Part shown: positions 56,521-64,000 of the stretch, one piece after another
How the letters are laid out: every line of letters begins with the position of its first letter
Position numbering within the stretch: position 1 is the first letter of the stretch
Source of the DNA: Minisyncoccia bacterium
GTDB lineage: Bacteria > Patescibacteriota > Minisyncoccia > Phycocordibacterales > Phycocordibacteraceae
Reading direction: 5' to 3'
Assembly: GCA_038212075.1 (NCBI GenBank)
Contig: JBBQUV010000001.1
Coordinates: forward strand, 35,200-99,199
Length of the DNA: 64,000 nucleotides
The notes under the pieces: model-generated
Told to the model about the DNA's origin: nothing
The model's input: only the letters and a program-made list of their open reading frames with translations
Databases searched by the model: none
Position numbers and translations under genes: made by a program

Positions 56521-56991
56521 TCAGCTGGCATTCCAGAGCGTCAGCGCGATGCTCTGAAGGCCGTATTGTCCGGGTCCTGCGATGACGACGACTGCCAGCA
56601 TCACCGCGTAGATCGTTTCCGGCAGGTACAACACGTCGCACACATAGTCGGCTCTGTTGATGGGTGTGTACGAGTTCACCCGCTTCATGCCGTCGGTGAG
56701 AATGGCAATACCAAGGATGCAGAGCATCCCAAGTGCCGCGAGCGGTGCAAGAACACCGCTTACCACACCGAGGCCGCCGAAGAATTCAACGCTGGGCACA
56801 AACCACTGGTTGAATCCAAGAAACGGAACGCCGCATGCCTTGAGTGTTGCCACCAGCGTCGCGTGCCGTTCCTTGTTGAACAGCTTGTGGTAGCCGGAGA
56901 TAGCAAAGAATGCTCCAACAGCCAAGCGGTTCAACAGCAGTGCAGTATCGGGCTGGCCTAACCCGTTAAGCAGAAAATCCTGAATGTTCAT
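56521..56991 (-). CDS. DoxX family membrane protein
   Basis: 156 aa, four TM helices, DoxX-like N-terminal pattern. Confidence 0.6.
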   Translation of the reverse strand: MNIQDFLLNGLGQPDTALLLNRLAVGAFFAISGYHKLFNKERHATLVATLKACGVPFLGFNQWFVPSVEFFGGLGVVSGVLAPLAALGMLCILGIAILTDGMKRVNSYTPINRADYVCDVLYLPETIYAVMLAVVVIAGPGQYGLQSIALTLWNAS

Positions 56992-57151
56992 ATGCGTGCC
57001 CCTTTCTAAGAGCTAAGAGTTCCTAAGCATTAAAACATATATAAAATAAAAAGCAATTATACGGGCGCAAACGTAAACTTGTGTATGTTGTGTATATAGT
57101 TGTGGATAAGTGCATAGCGTAAAGAAACGAGTCGGTGGTATTGTTTGTGTA

Positions 57152-57835
57152 ATGGCTTATCGCGTTATTCTCACTCCCGCACAAGAAGAAACGCTTTCTT
57201 TTTTGAAGCGCTATATCAAAAAGCACAAACAAGGACCAACGATTCTTGAAATTCAAAGTGAATTCAAACTGAAATCTCTTCGCAGTGTTACGCAACGCAT
57301 TGAGGGACTGGAACGCAAGGGTTTTATTTCACGAGATAAATTCCAGCACCGAAGCATTCAGATACTAGAAACAGCAAACGCCGTGCCGCTTGGGATGATT
57401 CAGGTGCCCGTCATTGCCTCTGCCGGTTGTGACGCAGTAGATGTGTACGCGCAGGATGAATTTGGTGAATACATTCTTATAAATAAGAATTTGGTGCCAC
57501 TGCATACCAACATTGCCGCTATTCGCGCCGTTGGCGACAGTATGCAAGACGCTGGCATTCGAAATGGCGACTACGTGATTGTGGAAGTAACCGATGCTGT
57601 ACAAAACGGCGACAGAGTCGTGGCAGTACTCGGAAATATGGCAGTCATTAAGCAATACTGCAAAACCGATGGGATAGTTGTATTGAATCCGGAAAACGCG
57701 AACGGTGGATACTACCCTATCGTGGTTGCTCAGGAAGACTCAAAGATTTTTGGGAAAGTGCTCAGTATTATTCCCGGAACTGAGTGGGTGGAAGATGTAA
57801 AGATTGAATATTACCCTGAGTATTCAATGACCTAA
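57152..57835 (+). CDS. lexA: LexA repressor
   Basis: N-terminal winged HTH; autocleavage site region VIASAGCD (Ala-Gly); S24 peptidase Ser (GDSM) and Lys (AVIKQY). Confidence 0.8.
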   Translation: MAYRVILTPAQEETLSFLKRYIKKHKQGPTILEIQSEFKLKSLRSVTQRIEGLERKGFISRDKFQHRSIQILETANAVPLGMIQVPVIASAGCDAVDVYAQDEFGEYILINKNLVPLHTNIAAIRAVGDSMQDAGIRNGDYVIVEVTDAVQNGDRVVAVLGNMAVIKQYCKTDGIVVLNPENANGGYYPIVVAQEDSKIFGKVLSIIPGTEWVEDVKIEYYPEYSMT

Positions 57836-58587
57836 CACTTCACGTTTGCGGTGATATAGGTGAAGGCTTCGTCGACGCTATCTACGAGTACAAACAAATC
57901 CATATCTTCAGGGCTTATTGCGCTGTGTTCACCAAGAAGTTTATTCTTAAAAAACTCAAGAAGTGGAGTCCAGTACTCCTTTCCATAGAGAACGATAGGC
58001 ACGCGTTTAATCTTTTTGGTTTGAATAAGGGTGAGAATTTCAAAAAATTCATCGAGTGTGCCAAAACCGCCGGGGAAATAAATGTACACTTCGGAAGCAA
58101 ATGTGAGCATTACTTTGCGCACAAAGAAGTGATCAAAAGTAATAAATTCGGTCAAAAACTTGTTTTCAAACTGTTCCGAAGGAAGGCGAATGTTCAGACC
58201 AACTGACGTGCCACCGGCTTCATAGGCACCCTTGTTTGCTGACTGCATGATGCCGGCGGCGCCACCGGTAATGATGGCAAACCCTGCCTTTGCGAGTTTG
58301 CCCGCAAGCTCTTCTGCTTCTTGATAAAAATGACTTTCAAAGGTTCCGCGGGCAGTACCAAAAATGGAAGCCGCAAGACCATATTTACCCAGAAGATCAA
58401 AACCTTCTGTAAATTCCGACATTATTTTAAACAGACGCCACGACTCAAGCACTTTTGGCTTACACACAAGTGGTGTATGGGTAGTAGGAACTTCATCCTT
58501 CCCTTTTTCAATAGCACGAGTCAAAGCAAGCGCCGTTTCGTGCGTAGTAGGTTGCGTGATGGTTTGTGGTTTTATGTCGTCAGCCAT
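57832..58587 (-). CDS. LOG family protein (cytokinin riboside 5'-monophosphate phosphoribohydrolase-like)
   Basis: TGGAAGIMQSAN and PGGFGTLDEF motifs. Confidence 0.8.
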   Translation of the reverse strand: MADDIKPQTITQPTTHETALALTRAIEKGKDEVPTTHTPLVCKPKVLESWRLFKIMSEFTEGFDLLGKYGLAASIFGTARGTFESHFYQEAEELAGKLAKAGFAIITGGAAGIMQSANKGAYEAGGTSVGLNIRLPSEQFENKFLTEFITFDHFFVRKVMLTFASEVYIYFPGGFGTLDEFFEILTLIQTKKIKRVPIVLYGKEYWTPLLEFFKNKLLGEHSAISPEDMDLFVLVDSVDEAFTYITANVKC

Positions 58588-59168
58588 GGAATAGGAAAAG
58601 AACTAAATTCAGGAAGTAGTTTTTTATTATACGCGATGCGTGAAATAACTTTAGCATGGGATAGCGCTCCCGTGAGCGCGTTGTGGGGTTTTGGTTCTTC
58701 TTCTAGTCCGCAATACTTGAGCGCAAAATCTAAATTAATCGCCGAGTGGTGATGCAGAAGCGGCGGCTCCTTCCCTTTCTCAGTCATATGAAGCCAGCAG
58801 AGTGTATGGGTGTCGATGGTGCGATGGGCAAAAGGAAACTCTATGCCGGCACGTCCGCAGGCTGCCTGCACAAAGTCCCTATCATACGAAGGATTTTGCC
58901 CGGCAAATGTTTGATTTTTCGCTCTATCTGTTGCCCACGCTACAAACGCCTTTACGAGCTCCGCCTCTGATTTTTTTGAGGTATCCAGACATTCTTCGCG
59001 AGTAAAACCGTTTACGGCAAGCGCGTCATCAGCAATATGTGCACCATCCCACACGCGACACTCGTCGTAGAACTGATTTGTGGGCTCGTCTAAATCTAGT
59101 GCACCTATAGAAAGTATGGAATTTTTTTCAGCGCTTACTCCACTGCCTTCAACATCAAGAACAATCAT
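58572..59168 (-). CDS. 3'-5' exonuclease, DEDD (DnaQ-like) family
   Basis: Exo I LDVEGSG, and later a HNAL..A Exo III-like motif. Confidence 0.65.
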   Translation of the reverse strand: MIVLDVEGSGVSAEKNSILSIGALDLDEPTNQFYDECRVWDGAHIADDALAVNGFTREECLDTSKKSEAELVKAFVAWATDRAKNQTFAGQNPSYDRDFVQAACGRAGIEFPFAHRTIDTHTLCWLHMTEKGKEPPLLHHHSAINLDFALKYCGLEEEPKPHNALTGALSHAKVISRIAYNKKLLPEFSSFPIPWLTT

Positions 59169-59189
59169 TAGTCCCAGTGTAGCAGACGG

Positions 59190-59636
59190 CTACATTCCCT
59201 TGCAGTTTGTTGCCGCAGTGTAGCCTGCGGCTTCTGCCGCCGCGCGGGTCGGGAACCACACTTTGTTTTCCTCTTTAATCAGCTTCACTGTCCCGCACCA
59301 CGGAAAGTAGTACTTACTGCCTGTTTTAGCCGCTACCACCTGCCCGTCAGTGGCCACGGGCGCGGTGACCGGAATAGGAGTGATAACGGCAGCCGCGGCG
59401 GCCGCAGGCTGGGTGTAAGCACTTGTAGTGCCCCCAAGCGGGGTTGTAGTGGGTGTTTCGCCTATAGTGAGGTTGCTCCCCGCCTGTCCTTTCCCTTCAA
59501 GAATGCCAAGGCCAAAGCTGGCTGTAGAGCTCAAAATAACGATGCCGGCGATAAGCCAAGCCCCAGGAATACGGCCTAGGTGCGCCTTGCCCGCATCTGT
59601 TAGGTCTGCTATAGTCATGCAGTAAAAGCATACCAC
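59190..59636 (-). CDS. hypothetical membrane-anchored protein with a C-terminal Cys-containing motif
   Basis: TM helix, Thr/Ala linker, C-terminal YYFPWCGTV...[18 protein letters not shown], reminiscent of Ada-type metal-binding spacing. Confidence 0.4.
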   Translation of the reverse strand: MVCFYCMTIADLTDAGKAHLGRIPGAWLIAGIVILSSTASFGLGILEGKGQAGSNLTIGETPTTTPLGGTTSAYTQPAAAAAAVITPIPVTAPVATDGQVVAAKTGSKYYFPWCGTVKLIKEENKVWFPTRAAAEAAGYTAATNCKGM

Positions 59637-59637
59637 T

Positions 59638-59910
59638 ATGGCATCAACAAAAGCTGGAGGATCCGCAAAGAACCTGAATGACTCAAACCCGAAATACCTC
59701 GGGGTTAAGCTTGGTGACGGTCAGACCGTAAAGTCCGGTCAGATTATTGTGCGCCAGCGCGGTACCAAAATTGAGGCGGGAAAGAATGTTCGTGTTGGCC
59801 GCGACCACACGCTCTACGCTTCATCTGCTGGCGTTGTCTCCTTTCGTGATCGTCGCAAGACGGGTTTTGATGGACGAGTTATGCGTAAGAAAGTTGTTGA
59901 TGTAGCGTAA
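59638..59910 (+). CDS. rpmA: 50S ribosomal protein L27
   Basis: GGS..N..DSN.K.LGVK...[10 protein letters not shown], and GRDHTLYA conserved L27 blocks. Confidence 0.9.
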   Translation: MASTKAGGSAKNLNDSNPKYLGVKLGDGQTVKSGQIIVRQRGTKIEAGKNVRVGRDHTLYASSAGVVSFRDRRKTGFDGRVMRKKVVDVA

Positions 59911-59932
59911 GCACATCTTTCAGGACAAAAGG

Positions 59933-59962
59933 AAAACCCCGCTCGCGCGGGGTTTTCCTTTT
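59933..59962. terminator. bidirectional rho-independent terminator between rpmA and rplI
   Basis: aaaaccccgc-tcgc-gcggggtttt. Confidence 0.75.
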
Positions 59963-59976
59963 GTTGAACCGAGGAT

Positions 59977-60402
59977 TTATTCAGCCTCAATAGTGATGGA
60001 AAACGTTCCGAACTGGTCCCCGTTTGAAACAGGAATCTCAAAAGTACCAGCTTCTTTTATTGGCTTTTCAAGCGCTATCACTTCCACGGGAAGCTGTGCG
60101 GCGGTAGCAATTTCTGTTGCGTCTACTGCGTCGTACAAGTGCCCTTTTTCGTTTACTTTCTTGCGAATAACCACTGAACCTTCTGCAAGTGCCACAATGC
60201 GTTCTGCCACCAATGCCTTGCTTACATCACGCTTCGCATCTACCTGCTTTTTGCGCATTTCAGCGTCCTTTTTTGCTTGGGGAGTTGCAAGAACCGCCAT
60301 GCGCTTTGGAATAAGAAAATTAAGGGCGTGACCGTCCTTAACTTCAATCATTTCGTGGGCTCGTCCCGTGTCCTTTACGTCTCGCGTCAATATAACTTTC
60401 AT
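59977..60402 (-). CDS. rplI: 50S ribosomal protein L9
   Basis: MKVILTRDVKDTG...FLIPK N-domain, with a linker helix and C-domain. Confidence 0.85.
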   Translation of the reverse strand: MKVILTRDVKDTGRAHEMIEVKDGHALNFLIPKRMAVLATPQAKKDAEMRKKQVDAKRDVSKALVAERIVALAEGSVVIRKKVNEKGHLYDAVDATEIATAAQLPVEVIALEKPIKEAGTFEIPVSNGDQFGTFSITIEAE

Positions 60403-60441
60403 AGTTGTGCCATCCTATCCTGTTTAGTCCCCCTCTGCAAC

Positions 60442-61374
60442 TTATAAAGATGTCGCCGATGCTGTGTCTTGGGGCACTTCAACTACCGTGCTTTGTGTGG
60501 CGTCAAAGATAAGGAATCCTACAATAAGGAGTAACAGACAGAAGGCGCCACCAAATATCTCTACTAAGCCAGTACGCAAGTGGACCACAATGGCGATAGA
60601 CAAGAGAATGAGCACACAGCCAGCAAGCGCCGAAAGAATATAAATAATAGTGTGGGTTGGTGAAGTCATTACTTGGTCTATAAAACCAAGAACGGTTTGT
60701 GTTTCTGCCCCCAACACTTTTTTGGTGCCAGTGTTCGCGTTTACGCTATCAGCACTAGTCGGTATCTTGCCTGTTACCACTGGCGCAGGTTTTGCAAATA
60801 GTTGTACCACAAAGGTTACTTGCTCCCCCTTGTACATACCGTCTGCGGTCGCAATACCGATGCGTGTGTATTGGGGTTTTACGATGTTTGCTCGATGCGT
60901 TGGCGAGTTCATCCACGCTGACTCAACGTCCTTTGAGTCAGAAAAGTTTACCGCAAGATTTTCACCCGCATATTCATATGTATAACCAAGCACATCAAAC
61001 CAGTGCCATGGTTGGTACCCTTCTGGCGTCACGTGGGCAAAATATCCCTTTGCTGCCATGTCGTTTGCTTTCAGCTGTGCCGCTTGGTCGAGTAGTGGGT
61101 CTTCGATAAGTGCGTCAAGTTTTTGTGTTTGTCGGTCGGCGTTGGTAAGTGAAATGAGTGCGCCCGGAAGCACCGATGCAAGAAAATTTCCTTTCCCAAA
61201 TCCACTACTTGAAGTAAGAAAGTATGCGCCTTGAAGCACACCCACCATCACTACGACGGCAATAACTGAAGAGTAAGCAAAAATTTGCGGGCTGTATTGA
61301 TTTTCTTTATGCGGTACAAGAAAATTGTGAACGCGATGATGGAGCGCTTTGTGGTTTTTTTTCATACTAGCCAC
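60442..61374 (-). CDS. CAP/SCP (YkwD-like) domain protein with N- and C-terminal TM helices
   Basis: GENLAVNF....AWMNSPTHRANIV...YTRIGIA CAP-domain signature. Confidence 0.6.
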   Translation of the reverse strand: MASMKKNHKALHHRVHNFLVPHKENQYSPQIFAYSSVIAVVVMVGVLQGAYFLTSSSGFGKGNFLASVLPGALISLTNADRQTQKLDALIEDPLLDQAAQLKANDMAAKGYFAHVTPEGYQPWHWFDVLGYTYEYAGENLAVNFSDSKDVESAWMNSPTHRANIVKPQYTRIGIATADGMYKGEQVTFVVQLFAKPAPVVTGKIPTSADSVNANTGTKKVLGAETQTVLGFIDQVMTSPTHTIIYILSALAGCVLILLSIAIVVHLRTGLVEIFGGAFCLLLLIVGFLIFDATQSTVVEVPQDTASATSL

Positions 61375-61523
61375 CGCGACTTATTGTTTCTTGCCGCACG
61401 AGTGATACTTGCGTGGCGTGCCGTACCCATGTGTTCCTCAAGTATAGCAAGTCAGAACAAAGGAATACGACTATACACATCTACAGGGCGCGATTATGAT
61501 CGATGCAAGCTACGCTATAAGGG

Positions 61524-62297
61524 ATGCGATATTTTGCGGTTACCCTGCTTGCGCTTCTTATTTCGCTACCTGCCTATGCCGCAGATACATCGGTGGCGGC
61601 AGGGTTTCCGCCCGGATCACTCTGGCTTTCTAAAACAGCACTGAAGGATGGTGATACCACCACAGTGTTTACCGTGCTCTATAACAGTAGCGATGCATCG
61701 CTTACTGGTGATGCGATATTTTTGGTTGATACTACCGAACTTGCGCGTAAACACTTCGTGCTTGATGTCGGCACCACAGAAGTTGAATCGGTCTCTTGGA
61801 CTGCGGTTACGGGAATGCACACGCTTTCTGCTCGCATAGAAAACGTAACCAATAGCAGTACAAAAGCAAAGACAACCATACAAAGCACCGCGGCTGGAAC
61901 AGTTTCGGTAACGGTGTTGGCTCCTCCACCTCCACCCCCGCCAGTGGTGATTGCGAGCTCTACTCCTGTGGGCGGTGTAGTGCCAATTATTGAAAATGCA
62001 GGAAAAACAATCTATGCGGCCGCTGAGGATGCACGCAAAAGCGGCGCCGCGGCGCTCGCGATCGCGCTTGCTCCGGTGAAAGAAACAACACACGGTTCGG
62101 TGCTTAGTGCAGAAACAGAAAACAGAGTACCGTCTGCGCAAAACGAATCATTTTTTCAAAAATTTTGGAAAGGATTTCTTTCACTTCTCTTATTTATTTT
62201 TCAAACACAGACACTCTTTTACCTTGTTCTTGCTGTTGTTCTGTATTTGCTGTACAAGCTTGCGCGGGTCTTTTTTGCCGAGCGCAGGCGAGCGTAA
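61524..62297 (+). CDS. hypothetical secreted/membrane protein with a poly-Pro linker
   Basis: Signal peptide MRYFAVTLLALLISLPAYA, a PPPPPPP stretch, and a C-terminal TM helix. Confidence 0.45.
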   Translation: MRYFAVTLLALLISLPAYAADTSVAAGFPPGSLWLSKTALKDGDTTTVFTVLYNSSDASLTGDAIFLVDTTELARKHFVLDVGTTEVESVSWTAVTGMHTLSARIENVTNSSTKAKTTIQSTAAGTVSVTVLAPPPPPPPVVIASSTPVGGVVPIIENAGKTIYAAAEDARKSGAAALAIALAPVKETTHGSVLSAETENRVPSAQNESFFQKFWKGFLSLLLFIFQTQTLFYLVLAVVLYLLYKLARVFFAERRRA

Positions 62298-62344
62298 TCC
62301 ACAATTCGACAAAAGTGCCTGTTTGATTTATAATAAGAGTATCT

Positions 62345-63865
62345 ATGGAGCGCATTCGGGGTTTTTTCCACTACGTTTCTACTACAGCTCAGTCACTCTG
62401 GGTGAAGTTTCGCGCACTCAAACTCTGGCAACAGGGAGTGTCTGCCGCTGTGCTTCTGGTGGTGGTTGTCTATATGGTTTTGCATATTGGTTCCAGTTCC
62501 GCCGCAATCACCCAAGACACACTCCCAACCGTCCGTCTTGCTTCCCTCTCTTCGCTCACGGCGACTGGTGGTTTGGTAGACGTGGTGGGTACCGTTCGTT
62601 CTGAAAGCGAAGCAAACATACTCGCAAAAACAGGCGGCGTGGTGCAAGTGCTTCACACGAGCCTTGGCTCAGCCGTACCTGCGGGTTTTGTGATTGCTGA
62701 AGTTGAAAACGCGAGTGAGCGTGCGACGGTACTCCAAGCAGAAGGCGCCTATGATGCGGTAATAGCGGCCCGTTCCGCCACTTCTCTTCCAGAAACAGAA
62801 ACACTTGCACGCAGTAGATATCAAGAAGCATATACCACCGTGGACACAGTGCTTCGCGCTGATATTGATACTTTTTTTGGTAATCCAACATCATACGGTC
62901 CTGCACTCCTTATCAGTGCTGGCGGCATTGGTGACCCTACCGCTATTTCTCGACGTCGCGCTGATTTAGATACGCTTATGACCACGTGGCGCAGTCATGT
63001 TGCCACTGCAGATGCAACAAACCCAGCAACCCTTTTGGATGAGGCATACACCAATACACAAACAATCTCTCTCTTCCTTAGCGACTTAGCGGTGATTGCA
63101 AACGAGCGAGATTCTGGAGCAACTGCGACCCAGCTCACGGCGCTTGCTACAGCACGTGCAAGCATTGACGGGCTTCTTTCCACCATTTCCACTGCCCGTA
63201 CTACGTATCGCACGACAAGTACGGGAGCAACGGCGAGCGCAGATGCAAGCGTGAAGCAAGCGCTTGGCGCCTTGAACGGAGCGCAAGCAAATCTTGAAAA
63301 AACACTCGTACGCGCTCCCATTGCCGGCACGGTAAACTTTCTTTCGCTTCATGTTGGGGACTACGTCACATCGCTTTCACACGTAGCAACTGTTGCACAA
63401 AACGGTGCGCTTGAAATTGTCGCTTACGTTTCTATCGATGACCGTGGCGCGCTCACTATTGGCCAACACGTTGCGGTTGCTGGCGGCGGCACAGGCATCA
63501 TTACCTCTGTTTCTCCGGCACTGAACCCAGTGACCAAACAAATTGAAGTGCATATTGCCGTCGAAGGAAAAAGCACGCTTGAAAACGGGCAGGCAGTGCA
63601 CGTGCAACTTGCAAGTACGCCAACCGTACCTGTGACCGCTTCTGGTCCTTTGATGCTTCCCCTTACCACACTCAAACTTACTCCCGCCGCTCGCGTTGTC
63701 TTTTCTGTTGGCGAGGATGGTCGTCTTGTCGCACACCCAGTAGACATTGGTGAAGTGCGTGGTGACCGTATTGAAATTCGTACATCACTTCCGTCAGACT
63801 TGCGCATTGTCGTTGACGCACGCGGGCTTTCTGAAGGTCAAAAGGTAAACGTAGGTGTTGAGTAG
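62345..63865 (+). CDS. efflux transporter periplasmic adaptor (HlyD/membrane fusion protein family)
   Basis: N-terminal TM helix, an alpha-hairpin region, and a beta-barrel/lipoyl-like region VRAPIAGTV. Confidence 0.7.
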   Translation: MERIRGFFHYVSTTAQSLWVKFRALKLWQQGVSAAVLLVVVVYMVLHIGSSSAAITQDTLPTVRLASLSSLTATGGLVDVVGTVRSESEANILAKTGGVVQVLHTSLGSAVPAGFVIAEVENASERATVLQAEGAYDAVIAARSATSLPETETLARSRYQEAYTTVDTVLRADIDTFFGNPTSYGPALLISAGGIGDPTAISRRRADLDTLMTTWRSHVATADATNPATLLDEAYTNTQTISLFLSDLAVIANERDSGATATQLTALATARASIDGLLSTISTARTTYRTTSTGATASADASVKQALGALNGAQANLEKTLVRAPIAGTVNFLSLHVGDYVTSLSHVATVAQNGALEIVAYVSIDDRGALTIGQHVAVAGGGTGIITSVSPALNPVTKQIEVHIAVEGKSTLENGQAVHVQLASTPTVPVTASGPLMLPLTTLKLTPAARVVFSVGEDGRLVAHPVDIGEVRGDRIEIRTSLPSDLRIVVDARGLSEGQKVNVGVE

Positions 63866-63866
63866 T

Positions 63867-64000
63867 ATGCCTACGCCTCCCTCTTTTATGACGAGGCTTT
63901 GGAGTTTTTTCATCCACAAGCAAAATTTTACGGTTTTTTTGATGGCCGTGCTTCTTATTGGCGGTTTCTATGCCGTTCTCGCCATTCCAAAAGAAGCCAC
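63867..64000 (+). CDS. RND-type efflux pump inner-membrane subunit, N-terminal fragment (continues beyond window)
   Basis: It starts 2 nt after the adaptor gene; MPTPPSFMTRLWSFFIHKQNFTVFLMAVLLIGGFYAVLAIPKE is typical of the AcrB-family N-terminal TM1. Confidence 0.5.
   Translation, partial: MPTPPSFMTRLWSFFIHKQNFTVFLMAVLLIGGFYAVLAIPKEA

Noticed and set aside
56306-56641. Two overlapping ORFs (83 aa plus-strand, 99 aa minus-strand) in the convergent intergenic region
   Set aside because: Both run into or overlap the DoxX coding region and have no supporting motif; the region is treated as non-coding, a candidate ncRNA.
57020-57150. Canonical LexA (SOS) box upstream of lexA
   Set aside because: No CGAAC-N4-GTTCG or CTGT-N8-ACAG palindrome is present; only TTGTGTAT direct repeats, which are reported as a low-interest finding instead.
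1-64000. Search for CRISPR arrays, rRNA, tmRNA, RNase P RNA, SRP RNA, transposases and integrases
   Set aside because: I saw no regularly spaced direct repeats typical of CRISPR, no rRNA-like conserved blocks, and no DDE or tyrosine-recombinase signatures. tmRNA, RNase P and SRP RNA signatures were not recognised by eye; a covariance-model scan would be needed to exclude them.

Overview
This 64 kb window looks like a chromosomal segment from a small-genome bacterium, about 50% GC and probably a CPR/Patescibacteria-like organism. It has a compact translation and replication gene set: infB-rbfA, clpB, topA, relA/spoT, miaA, serS, gltX, dnaX, parB, dprA, lexA, murG, a pyrBCDEF cluster, and rpmG, rpmA and rplI. 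I found eight tRNA genes: Leu-TAG, Lys-CTT, Leu-TAA, Cys-GCA, Trp-CCA, Leu-CAA, Gln-TTG and a pseudo-tRNA-Gln. There are many small secreted or membrane proteins. I found no CRISPR array, rRNA or recognisable transposase. The accessory and unusual content is: (1) five tandem TrbC/VirB2-like T4SS-pilin paralogs next to an SPFH operon, plus a separate pilin domain fused to an M15 peptidoglycan peptidase; (2) a four-gene flavinylation-dependent membrane redox module (FMN-binding protein, ApbE flavin transferase, RnfD/NqrB-like membrane protein, FNR-like NAD(P)-binding protein), with the last two ORFs overlapping in different frames; (3) an island-like, partly AT-rich region next to tRNA-Gln, with a duplicated tRNA fragment, a direct repeat of the tRNA 3' end, an excisionase-like HTH gene, a PD-(D/E)xK nuclease-like protein and several orphan genes; (4) a recurring structured non-coding element found downstream of three tRNA genes, made of an inverted copy of that tRNA's T-arm and acceptor 3' end joined to shared motifs CTCGCCGT and GCTCCGGC; (5) long palindromic intergenic structures and one 470-nt convergent intergenic region that could hold ncRNAs.
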